A stretch of 32,000 bases of DNA, from NCBI RefSeq assembly GCF_000195955.2, contig NC_000962.3, positions 630,001 to 662,000 on the forward strand. Direction: 5' to 3'. The DNA is from Mycobacterium tuberculosis H37Rv (GTDB lineage: Bacteria; Actinomycetota; Actinomycetes; Mycobacteriales; Mycobacteriaceae). The notes under the pieces are model-generated. The model ran no database searches, was not told where the DNA came from, and saw only the letters and a list, made by a program, of their open reading frames with translations. Made by a program: the position numbers and the translations under genes. This document shows positions 1-7,582 of the stretch, piece after piece. Within the stretch, counting starts at the first letter, position 1, and each line of letters opens with the position of its first letter.

Positions 1-39
1 ATTGCTGGTTGTGGGGTAGCCAGCCGAAGGAGAGCCGCG

Positions 40-1686
40 ATGGACGTCGCTTTGGGGGTTGCGGTCACGGATCGGGTCGCGCGTCTGGCGCTGGTCGACT
101 CGGCTGCGCCCGGCACCGTGATCGACCAGTTCGTGCTCGATGTGGCCGAGCACCCGGTCGAGGTGTTAACCGAGACCGTGGTGGGCACGGATCGGTCATT
201 GGCCGGCGAAAACCACCGGCTGGTCGCTACCCGGCTGTGTTGGCCGGATCAGGCCAAAGCTGACGAGCTGCAGCACGCACTGCAGGACTCCGGGGTCCAC
301 GACGTTGCCGTGATATCCGAGGCGCAGGCCGCCACGGCGCTGGTCGGGGCGGCACATGCCGGCTCTGCCGTGCTGTTGGTGGGTGATGAGACGGCAACCT
401 TATCGGTGGTTGGTGACCCGGACGCGCCGCCGACGATGGTGGCCGTCGCGCCGGTGGCGGGCGCCGACGCCACATCGACCGTCGATACCCTGATGGCCCG
501 GCTCGGCGACCAGGCCCTCGCCCCGGGGGATGTCTTCCTGGTGGGTAGGTCCGCCGAGCACACCACGGTTCTTGCCGACCAGCTGCGCGCGGCGTCGACG
601 ATGCGCGTGCAGACTCCCGACGACCCCACGTTCGCGCTGGCCCGTGGCGCGGCGATGGCGGCCGGCGCCGCTACGATGGCGCACCCGGCCCTGGTCGCGG
701 ATGCGACCACTTCGCTCCCCCGGGCCGAGGCGGGGCAATCGGGTTCTGAAGGCGAGCAGCTGGCGTACTCGCAGGCCAGCGATTACGAGCTGCTTCCGGT
801 CGACGAATATGAGGAACACGACGAATACGGGGCAGCCGCGGATCGCTCGGCGCCGTTGAGCCGACGGTCGCTGCTGATCGGCAACGCTGTCGTGGCCTTT
901 GCGGTGATCGGTTTCGCCTCGCTGGCGGTGGCGGTGGCGGTCACCATCCGACCGACCGCGGCCTCAAAACCGGTAGAGGGACACCAAAACGCCCAGCCAG
1001 GGAAGTTCATGCCGTTGTTGCCGACGCAACAGCAGGCGCCGGTCCCGCCGCCTCCGCCCGATGATCCCACCGCTGGATTCCAGGGCGGCACCATTCCGGC
1101 TGTACAGAACGTGGTGCCGCGGCCGGGTACCTCACCCGGGGTGGGTGGGACGCCGGCTTCGCCTGCGCCGGAAGCGCCGGCCGTGCCCGGTGTTGTGCCT
1201 GCCCCGGTGCCAATCCCGGTCCCGATCATCATTCCCCCGTTCCCGGGTTGGCAGCCTGGAATGCCGACCATCCCCACCGCACCGCCGACGACGCCGGTGA
1301 CCACGTCGGCGACGACGCCGCCGACCACGCCGCCGACCACGCCGGTGACCACGCCGCCAACGACGCCGCCGACCACGCCGGTGACCACGCCGCCAACGAC
1401 GCCGCCGACCACGCCGGTGACCACGCCACCAACGACCGTCGCCCCGACGACCGTCGCCCCGACGACGGTCGCTCCGACCACCGTCGCCCCGACCACGGTC
1501 GCTCCAGCCACCGCCACGCCGACGACCGTCGCTCCGCAGCCGACGCAGCAGCCCACGCAACAACCAACCCAACAGATGCCAACCCAGCAGCAGACCGTGG
1601 CCCCGCAGACGGTGGCGCCGGCTCCGCAGCCGCCGTCCGGTGGCCGCAACGGCAGCGGCGGGGGCGACTTATTCGGCGGGTTCTGA
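40..1686 (+). CDS. Pro/Thr-rich single-pass membrane protein (Rv0538-like): N-terminal cytoplasmic domain, one TM helix, ~245-aa extracytoplasmic P/T/Q/V/A low-complexity tail
   Basis: 548-codon ORF from ATG 40. AGGAG at 28-32 lies 7 nt upstream. TM segment LLIGNAVVAFAVIGFASLAVAVAVTI. The C-terminal tail is built from in-frame tandem repeats. Confidence 0.9.
   Translation: MDVALGVAVTDRVARLALVDSAAPGTVIDQFVLDVAEHPVEVLTETVVGTDRSLAGENHRLVATRLCWPDQAKADELQHALQDSGVHDVAVISEAQAATALVGAAHAGSAVLLVGDETATLSVVGDPDAPPTMVAVAPVAGADATSTVDTLMARLGDQALAPGDVFLVGRSAEHTTVLADQLRAASTMRVQTPDDPTFALARGAAMAAGAATMAHPALVADATTSLPRAEAGQSGSEGEQLAYSQASDYELLPVDEYEEHDEYGAAADRSAPLSRRSLLIGNAVVAFAVIGFASLAVAVAVTIRPTAASKPVEGHQNAQPGKFMPLLPTQQQAPVPPPPPDDPTAGFQGGTIPAVQNVVPRPGTSPGVGGTPASPAPEAPAVPGVVPAPVPIPVPIIIPPFPGWQPGMPTIPTAPPTTPVTTSATTPPTTPPTTPVTTPPTTPPTTPVTTPPTTPPTTPVTTPPTTVAPTTVAPTTVAPTTVAPTTVAPATATPTTVAPQPTQQPTQQPTQQMPTQQQTVAPQTVAPAPQPPSGGRNGSGGGDLFGGF
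1297..1434 (+). repeat. 36-bp in-frame tandem repeat encoding VTTPPTTPPTTP, about 3.8 copies
   Basis: gtgaccacgccgccaacgacgccgccgaccacgccg is 100% identical at 1345-1380 and 1381-1416. A longer diverged copy lies at 1297-1344 and a partial copy at 1417-1434. Confidence 0.95.
1435..1539 (+). repeat. 15-bp in-frame tandem repeat encoding TVAPT, 7 units (4 encode TVAPT exactly, 3 diverged)
   Basis: Units start at 1435, 1450, 1465, 1480, 1495, 1510 and 1525. The peptides are TVAPT x4, then TVAPA, TATPT, TVAPQ. Confidence 0.9.
1540..1629 (+). repeat. Short Gln-rich repeats: 12-bp PTQQ x3 (plus MPTQQQ), then TVAPQ-like x2
   Basis: ccgacgcagcag / cccacgcaacaa / ccaacccaacag at 1540-1575. accgtggccccgcag and acggtggcgccggctccgcag at 1594-1629. 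Confidence 0.8.
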
Positions 1687-1718
1687 TCACGGTCGCGGCT
1701 TCACTACGGTCGGAGGAC

Positions 1719-2375
1719 ATGGCCGGTGATGCGGTGACGGTGGTGCTGCCCTGTCTCAACGAGGAGGAGTCACTCCCGGCGGTGCTGGCCGCGATCCCGG
1801 CCGGCTATCGGGCGCTAGTGGTGGACAACAACAGCACCGATGACACCGCGACGGTGGCCGCCCGCCACGGTGCCCAGGTGGTTGTCGAGCCGCGGCCCGG
1901 ATACGGCTCGGCGGTGCATGCCGGTGTGCTCGCCGCGACCACCCCCATCGTAGCGGTCATCGACGCCGACGGCTCGATGGATGCCGGCGACTTGCCCAAG
2001 CTGGTCGCCGAACTCGACAAGGGCGCCGACCTGGTGACCGGTCGGCGGCGGCCGGTGGCGGGCCTGCACTGGCCATGGGTCGCCCGGGTGGGCACCGTGG
2101 TGATGAGCTGGCGGCTGCGCACCCGCCACCGCCTGCCGGTGCACGACATCGCGCCCATGCGGGTCGCCCGGCGAGAGGCCCTGCTGGATCTGGGCGTTGT
2201 CGATCGACGCTCGGGTTACCCGCTGGAGCTGCTGGTCCGGGCCGCTGCGGCGGGCTGGCGTGTCGTCGAACTCGACGTCAGTTACGGTCCCCGGACCGGC
2301 GGCAAATCCAAGGTCAGCGGTTCGCTGCGGGGCAGCATCATCGCGATCCTGGACTTCTGGAAGGTGATCTCGTGA
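1719..2375 (+). CDS. Family-2 (GT-A fold) glycosyltransferase, DPM1/polyprenyl-phosphate sugar synthase-like (Rv0539-like)
   Basis: Frame of ORF 1248-2375. GT-A N-terminus VTVVLPCLNEEESL and DxD-type DADGS. ATG 1719 follows GGAGGA (1712-1717), though with only 1 nt spacing. As I recall the reference annotation starts at GTG 1743 (210 aa), which would clip the first beta-strand, so the start is uncertain by 8 codons. Confidence 0.85.
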   Translation: MAGDAVTVVLPCLNEEESLPAVLAAIPAGYRALVVDNNSTDDTATVAARHGAQVVVEPRPGYGSAVHAGVLAATTPIVAVIDADGSMDAGDLPKLVAELDKGADLVTGRRRPVAGLHWPWVARVGTVVMSWRLRTRHRLPVHDIAPMRVARREALLDLGVVDRRSGYPLELLVRAAAAGWRVVELDVSYGPRTGGKSKVSGSLRGSIIAILDFWKVIS

Positions 2376-3034
2376 GCTGCCTGCCGGTCAGCGTGCTGGT
2401 GGTCGCTAAAGCGCCGGAGCCGGGCCGGGTCAAGACCCGGCTGGCCGCGGCGATTGGCGATAAGGTCGCCGCCGACATCGCCGCGGCCGCACTGCTGGAC
2501 ACCCTGGATGCGGTGGCCGCTGCGCCGGTCACCGCCCGGGCGGTGGCGCTTACCGGCGACCTGGACTCCGCGGCCGATTCCGCGGAGATCCGCCGACGGC
2601 TTAAGTCCTTCACGGTATTTCGGCAGCGCGGTGACGCCTTCGCCGACCGGCTCGCCAACGCACACGTCGACGCGGCCGACGGCTATCCGGTGCTGCAGAT
2701 CGGGATGGACACGCCCCAGGTGACCGCCGAGCTGTTGGCCGATTGTGCACGCCTGCTGCTTCAAATCCCCGCGGTGCTCGGCCTGGCGTTCGACGGCGGT
2801 TGGTGGGTGCTGGGGATACGCACGCCTACTGCGGCCGAGTGCCTGCGCGCCGTCCCGATGTCACAGCCAGACACCGGCGAGCTCACCTTGAAGGCGTTGC
2901 GCGACAACGGCATTGATGTGACGCTAGTGCAGCGTCTGGGCGACTTCGACATCGTGGACGACATCGCGCTGGTACGCGATTGCTGCGCTCCGGGGAGTCG
3001 GTTCGCGCAGGCTACCCGCGCGGCTGGACTCTGA
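2372..3034 (+). CDS. DUF2064-family protein, nucleotide-diphospho-sugar transferase-like fold (Rv0540-like)
   Basis: GTG 2372 overlaps the upstream TGA (GTGA at 2372-2375). N-terminus VSCLPVSVLVVAKAPEPGRVKTRLAAAIG matches the DUF2064 signature as I remember it. 220 codons. Confidence 0.85.
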   Translation: MSCLPVSVLVVAKAPEPGRVKTRLAAAIGDKVAADIAAAALLDTLDAVAAAPVTARAVALTGDLDSAADSAEIRRRLKSFTVFRQRGDAFADRLANAHVDAADGYPVLQIGMDTPQVTAELLADCARLLLQIPAVLGLAFDGGWWVLGIRTPTAAECLRAVPMSQPDTGELTLKALRDNGIDVTLVQRLGDFDIVDDIALVRDCCAPGSRFAQATRAAGL

Positions 3035-3054
3035 GGCCGCGCCGGCGCATTTGC

Positions 3055-4404
3055 TTACCAGTTGGTGAAGATGATGCTGTTCAGCAGTAGGGCCCCGGCG
3101 GCGTTGACCGCCAGCCAGAGTCGGTGCGAGCGGGGCGGCAGCAGTGCGGGCGCCGCGGTCAGCCAAATGGTGAAGGGCAGCCAGATTCGTTCGGTCTCGG
3201 CTTTGCTCAGCATGCTCAGGTCGGCCAAGGCGATGGCGGCCAGCACCGCCAGCAGCAGCAGATGGCAGCCGGATCGACGACTGATCGCGGCCCGGTCGAA
3301 TACCCGGCTGAGACCTGCGACGCTGCCTAACCCGATAGCGCAGACCACGCACGCCAAGTTTGCCCAGGACCAATAGCCGAACGGCCGATCTTTGGCGATC
3401 CCCTGCCAATAGCGTTGCTGGACAAGGGTATAACCGTCGAACCAGGAGAATCCGGCAACCGCGAAGCTCACCGCGACCACCAGCGCCGCCAGCACGGCCG
3501 GCCCCAGTGCCCGCAGGACGGGCCGCCAATCTGCGGCGGCCAACACCGCCATCCCCGGCAGCACGATCAGCACGAGCCCGTAGTTGAGAAAGACACCCCA
3601 GCCGAGCAGTAGCCCCGCTCCGGCCGCCACCAGCGCCGGGAAGCGAGTGGCACCATGCACCGCCACCGCCAACAGGGCGATACCCCACGCCGCCACACCG
3701 GCGAAATACCCGTCGGCCGAAACCGCGATCCAGATCGCCGTCGGCGCCACCGCGACGAATGGTGCCGTCCGCCGCGCCATCTGCTCACTGGCCAGCACCC
3801 GCACGGCGATCAGCACCGCCGCCGCCGCGCTGGATCCCACCAGCAGGCACACCAGCCCCGCCCAACCGCCACCGCGCAGCCCGATCCGATCCAGCCAGAC
3901 AAACGTCAGCAGCGCACCCGGCGGGTGCCCGGAGACGTGAGTCACCCAGGAATTGGGCTGGAAGTCGAGAATCCGGCTGGTGAACGTCCGCAACGTCGCC
4001 GGGATGTCGGCAATGCCGGGCACCTGCCACAGGTACTCGTCACGGGTGGTCAATCGGCCGGCAAAGCCGCGCTGCCAGCCGTCGATCATCGCCAGTGAGA
4101 ACGCCCAGGCGGCGGCGGTGGCCCAGGTGCTCAGCGTCAGCACCCGCCAGGGGAGCCGGTGCGCCACTACCGGCCCCCACGCCACAACGGCCACTGCGGT
4201 AAGAACCGCCGGGGCCGTGCCCCAGCCAACATGGGCGTCCCAGTAGCCGAAGATCGGCGCGGCGCCGGCGCGCGTGGCAAACCGCTCCAAGCCGATATCG
4301 GATCGCGGTTTGATTCCCAGGTTCAACCGCGGCAGTACGAACGCGGCGCCGACCAGGACAAACCCGATCGCGACGGCCAATCCCTCGCGGCGACCGATCC
4401 TCAC
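3055..4404 (-). CDS. Polytopic integral membrane protein, possibly GT-C-type glycosyltransferase (Rv0541c-like)
   Basis: 449-codon ORF with a GTG start at 4404 and at least 10 hydrophobic segments. The first loop (residues ~25-63) carries D36, E40 and D56. The start lies 11 nt after the menE stop. Confidence 0.85.
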   Translation of the reverse strand: MRIGRREGLAVAIGFVLVGAAFVLPRLNLGIKPRSDIGLERFATRAGAAPIFGYWDAHVGWGTAPAVLTAVAVVAWGPVVAHRLPWRVLTLSTWATAAAWAFSLAMIDGWQRGFAGRLTTRDEYLWQVPGIADIPATLRTFTSRILDFQPNSWVTHVSGHPPGALLTFVWLDRIGLRGGGWAGLVCLLVGSSAAAAVLIAVRVLASEQMARRTAPFVAVAPTAIWIAVSADGYFAGVAAWGIALLAVAVHGATRFPALVAAGAGLLLGWGVFLNYGLVLIVLPGMAVLAAADWRPVLRALGPAVLAALVVAVSFAVAGFSWFDGYTLVQQRYWQGIAKDRPFGYWSWANLACVVCAIGLGSVAGLSRVFDRAAISRRSGCHLLLLAVLAAIALADLSMLSKAETERIWLPFTIWLTAAPALLPPRSHRLWLAVNAAGALLLNSIIFTNW

Positions 4405-4415
4405 GACCGATCAGC

Positions 4416-5504
4416 CTATTGATCGGCTTCACCGGCGAACCGGCGCACCAACGCTGCCCGGTCCACCTTGCCGATGCCGCGTCGCGGTAGCACGTTCACG
4501 ACATGTAGCTCTCGGGGCGCGGCGGTGACGTCCAGGGTGCGCGCGACATGCGCCCGCAGCGCTTCTAGCGTTGGTGGTGGGCATCCGTCGCCGACCACAA
4601 TCGCGGCGACCACTCGCTGACCGAGTCGGTCGTCGGCAAGTCCAAAAACCGCGCAGTCACGCACCGCAGGGTGGGTGCCCAGTGCGGCCTCCACTGGCTG
4701 CGGCAGCACGGTGAATCCGCCCGTGCTGATCGCTTCGTCGGCTCGGCCCAGCACGGTCAGCACACCCGAATCACCCGATTCAAGGGCGCCAAGGTCGTCG
4801 GTGTGAAACCAGCCTGGCTCGGCGAACGGATCGGGCGAGACCGGGTTGCGATAGCCCTTGGCCAGGGTCGCACCGCCGATAGCTATGCGGCCGCCGGCCA
4901 GCACCCTCAGCCGGACCCCGTCGAGCGGAACGCCGTCGTAGACACAGCCGCCCGAGGTCTCGCTCATGCCGTAGGTGCGCACCACCGTGATGCCGGCGGC
5001 GGCCGCGGCGTCCAGGATGGGCCGGGGGGCCGGCCCGCCGCCGATCAGCACCGCGTCCAATTCGGCCAGCGCGGCCGTGGCCGCCGGGTCGGTAAGTGCC
5101 TTGGCCAACTGTGCGGCGACCAGCGACGTGTATCGCCGGCCAGAACCCAATCTCTTTATCGCGTTGGGTAATTCGGTGACATCGAATCCCGCGGAGACGT
5201 TCAGTTCGACAGGAACTGATCCGGCGATCACGCTGCGCACCAGCACCGCCAGCCCGGCGATGTGATACGGCGGCACAGCCAACAGCCAGCTGCCCGGTCC
5301 GCCGAGCCGGTCGTGGGCGGCCGAGGCGCTGGCGGTCAAGGCCGCCGCGGTCAACATGGCGCCCTTGGGCGGTCCCGTGGTTCCTGACGTCGTCACTACC
5401 AGGGCGACGTCGTCGTCAATCTGCTCGCCCACTCGCAAAGCGCCCAGCAAGGACTCATGCTGGGTGGGCACCGCGACCAATGCCGGGTCGCTGCCACCCA
5501 GCAC
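4416..5504 (-). CDS. menE: o-Succinylbenzoate-CoA ligase (short actinobacterial form)
   Basis: ANL motifs TSGTTGPPKG, YGMSETSGG and GWFHTDDLG. 362 codons from GTG 5504, which is the first canonical start in the frame (see finding on the open upstream extension). Confidence 0.85.
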   Translation of the reverse strand: MLGGSDPALVAVPTQHESLLGALRVGEQIDDDVALVVTTSGTTGPPKGAMLTAAALTASASAAHDRLGGPGSWLLAVPPYHIAGLAVLVRSVIAGSVPVELNVSAGFDVTELPNAIKRLGSGRRYTSLVAAQLAKALTDPAATAALAELDAVLIGGGPAPRPILDAAAAAGITVVRTYGMSETSGGCVYDGVPLDGVRLRVLAGGRIAIGGATLAKGYRNPVSPDPFAEPGWFHTDDLGALESGDSGVLTVLGRADEAISTGGFTVLPQPVEAALGTHPAVRDCAVFGLADDRLGQRVVAAIVVGDGCPPPTLEALRAHVARTLDVTAAPRELHVVNVLPRRGIGKVDRAALVRRFAGEADQ

Positions 5505-5572
5505 TCGTTGCAGGGCAGGCAGCAGCAGCGCGGTAGCAGAACCGGCCGGGACGTGCAGCGCACGCAGGATGG

Positions 5573-5875
5573 CTATGCGTGCTCCTCGCGGTCGCGGACG
5601 TCATCGAGTGGCCATCCCTGGGCGGCCAACCGCGCCCGGACGCGCTCAACATCCTCCGGTGACGGCAACTCGTCGGTGAAATGGGTGATCACCACGCCGA
5701 TGTCGATCTGGTCGAAGTCACCGAGTCGCATCAGTTCGTTAGCCACCGCCTTGACCTCATCGTGGCTCAGCCGGCGGCAAAGCAGGGCGAGCACCGCAAA
5801 GGAGTCGGTCGGCGGAATGCCCTCGGGATATCCCGCGCGCAACCACGCGACGATCGAGGTGAGAAACCGGTTCAC
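5573..5875 (-). CDS. DUF3349-family small protein (Rv0543c-like)
   Basis: ORF 5573-5908. GTG 5875 is preceded by GGGAAGA at about 10 nt, and TTG 5908 is an alternative start. The sequence VAWLRAGYPEGIPPTDSFAVLALL is typical of the family. Confidence 0.75.
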   Translation of the reverse strand: MNRFLTSIVAWLRAGYPEGIPPTDSFAVLALLCRRLSHDEVKAVANELMRLGDFDQIDIGVVITHFTDELPSPEDVERVRARLAAQGWPLDDVRDREEHA

Positions 5876-5934
5876 GCTGTTATATCTTCCCGTCGGGGCC
5901 GTCGCCAAACCCTATGTCGCGGCCATCTGCGACT

Positions 5935-6213
5935 CTACTTGGGTGTGGCGCCCAGGAAGGCCCAGCCGGTGTGATGCGCGATGAAGTCACGGGCGATATA
6001 CAGCACTCCAATGATGACTACCGCAAGCACCAGCGCGAAGATCGCCCAACTGACGGCAACCAGCAGCGGGCGCCGGCGCGCGGTGGCGTCGGCACCGTCG
6101 CCGGCGGCCTGCAGCCGCACGCCCACCGCGAACAGGCCCGGTAGCAGCGCGCCGGCTAGCAGACTGAAGATCAGGATCTTCAGGGTGGCCGTGTAGTTGA
6201 ACCAGGCACTCAC
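5935..6213 (-). CDS. Small two-helix transmembrane protein (Rv0544c-like), translationally coupled to pitA
   Basis: Last 92 codons of ORF 5935-6807. GTG 6213 overlaps the pitA TGA (GTGA, 6210-6213). Two hydrophobic helices: ILIFSLLAGALLPGLFAVGV and LLVAVSWAIFALVLAVVIIGVLYI. Confidence 0.7.
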   Translation of the reverse strand: MSAWFNYTATLKILIFSLLAGALLPGLFAVGVRLQAAGDGADATARRRPLLVAVSWAIFALVLAVVIIGVLYIARDFIAHHTGWAFLGATPK

Positions 6214-7463
6214 GGGGCGTTCCTCGTGGTGACGCCGAACTGTGGTGCTCGGTGGTTCGGTGGGGGAGTCGGAGCCGGCGGTGCAGGCACCGGCGGCCTC
6301 TGATCCGCAAGCGGCTGCGCACCCGCTTCCAGGCCGGCCGTCAGGTTGCCTTCCCAGTCGGCGTTGACGTTGGTGTGGTCGATCGGCGCCCTGCGCGACC
6401 GCAGCCAGATGGCGGTGGCGGTCAGCCACAACAGTGCGAAACCGAGGATCGCACCGGGGTAGCCACCGATGAAATGCACCAGCCCGTAGGTGAAGGCCCC
6501 GACCAGCCCGGCCAACGGGAGCGTCACCAGCCACGCGACCACCATGCGGCCGGCTACCCCCCAGCGCACCTCGGCGCCGGGCTTGCCGACGCCGCTGCCC
6601 AGCACGGACCCGGTCGCGACCTGCGTTGTGGACAGCGCATAGCCGAAGTGCGCGGACAACAGAATGACGGCGGCCGATGACGACTCGGCGGCCATACCCT
6701 GCGGTGGTTTGATCTCGACCAGCCCTTTGCCTAGGGTGCGGATGATGCGCCAGCCACCCAGGTAGGTACCGGCGGCCATGGCCACGGCGCAACTCACGAT
6801 CACCCACAGCGGCGGCACCGATGCCGTCGTGCTGACCGCGCCGTAGGACATCAACGCCAGGAAGATCACGCCCATCGTCTTCTGCGCGTCGTTGGTGCCG
6901 TGCGCCAGCGAGACCAGCGACGCCGAGCCGATCTGGCCGCGCCGGAAACCGCGTTCCGTACGCTTTTCGGCAACCCCGCGCGTCGTCCGGTAGACCAGCC
7001 AGGTGCCGACTGCTCCGACCAGCGTGGCCAGCAGCGCGGCTACCACGGCCGGCACGATCACCTTGGACACCACTCCGCTCCAGATCACCCCACGCAGGCC
7101 GACGGCGGCAATTGTGGCGCCGACGATGCCGCCGATCAGCGCATGTGAGGAACTCGACGGAATGCCCAGCAACCAGGTCAACAGGTTCCAGACGATCCCG
7201 CCGACCAGGCCGGCGAACACCAACTCCAGCGTCACCAGATTCGCGTCGATCAGACCCTTGGCGATTGTGGCCGCCACGGCGGTGGACAAAAACGCACCGA
7301 TCAGGTTCAGCACGGCAGGAAGTGCTACCGCTACCCGCGGTGCCAGGGCGCCGCTGGCAATCGAGGTCGCCATGGCGTTTCCGGTGTCGTGGAACCCGTT
7401 GGTGAAGTCGAACGCCAATGCCGTCACGACGACAATGAGCAAAAGGAACAACTGAAGGTTCAC
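6210..7463 (-). CDS. pitA: Low-affinity inorganic phosphate transporter, PiT/PHO4 family
   Basis: Both PiT signature repeats are present (GFHDTGNAMATSI and AHGTNDAQKTMG). 417 codons from GTG 7463. The longer 448-codon version starts at a TTG and adds a non-hydrophobic leader. Confidence 0.9.
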   Translation of the reverse strand: MNLQLFLLLIVVVTALAFDFTNGFHDTGNAMATSIASGALAPRVAVALPAVLNLIGAFLSTAVAATIAKGLIDANLVTLELVFAGLVGGIVWNLLTWLLGIPSSSSHALIGGIVGATIAAVGLRGVIWSGVVSKVIVPAVVAALLATLVGAVGTWLVYRTTRGVAEKRTERGFRRGQIGSASLVSLAHGTNDAQKTMGVIFLALMSYGAVSTTASVPPLWVIVSCAVAMAAGTYLGGWRIIRTLGKGLVEIKPPQGMAAESSSAAVILLSAHFGYALSTTQVATGSVLGSGVGKPGAEVRWGVAGRMVVAWLVTLPLAGLVGAFTYGLVHFIGGYPGAILGFALLWLTATAIWLRSRRAPIDHTNVNADWEGNLTAGLEAGAQPLADQRPPVPAPPAPTPPPNHRAPQFGVTTRNAP

Positions 7464-7582
7464 AGGGCCTGATTCTGCTGGTCGGGATATTGCGTTGTCG
7501 ATCAAACGAGTACGCGAAATGCGGGTGTATCTCGACTCGTCGTCAGATGTTACCAATCACGTAACCCAGCGTTTTGCGGAGT

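Noticed and set aside
783-1649. 288-codon ORF on the minus strand, Gly/Val-rich (GVVGGVVTGVV...), opposite the PT-repeat region
   Set aside because: It is the reverse-complement reading of the Pro/Thr repeats. It has no start context and no motif, and it is fully nested in a well-supported CDS. Long antisense ORFs are expected at this GC content.
3039-3048. GCGCCGGCGC palindrome in the 20-bp convergent gap between the DUF2064 gene and the membrane-protein gene, considered as a bidirectional terminator
   Set aside because: A 10-bp palindrome with no loop can form at most a 3-4 bp stem, and there is no flanking A or T tract.
5935-6807. 290-codon minus-strand ORF overlapping the 3' half of pitA in another frame
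   Set aside because: Only the last 92 codons (from GTG 6213, overlapping the pitA stop) look like a real two-helix membrane protein. The upstream 198 codons are Arg/Gly/Ala-rich out-of-frame pitA sequence.
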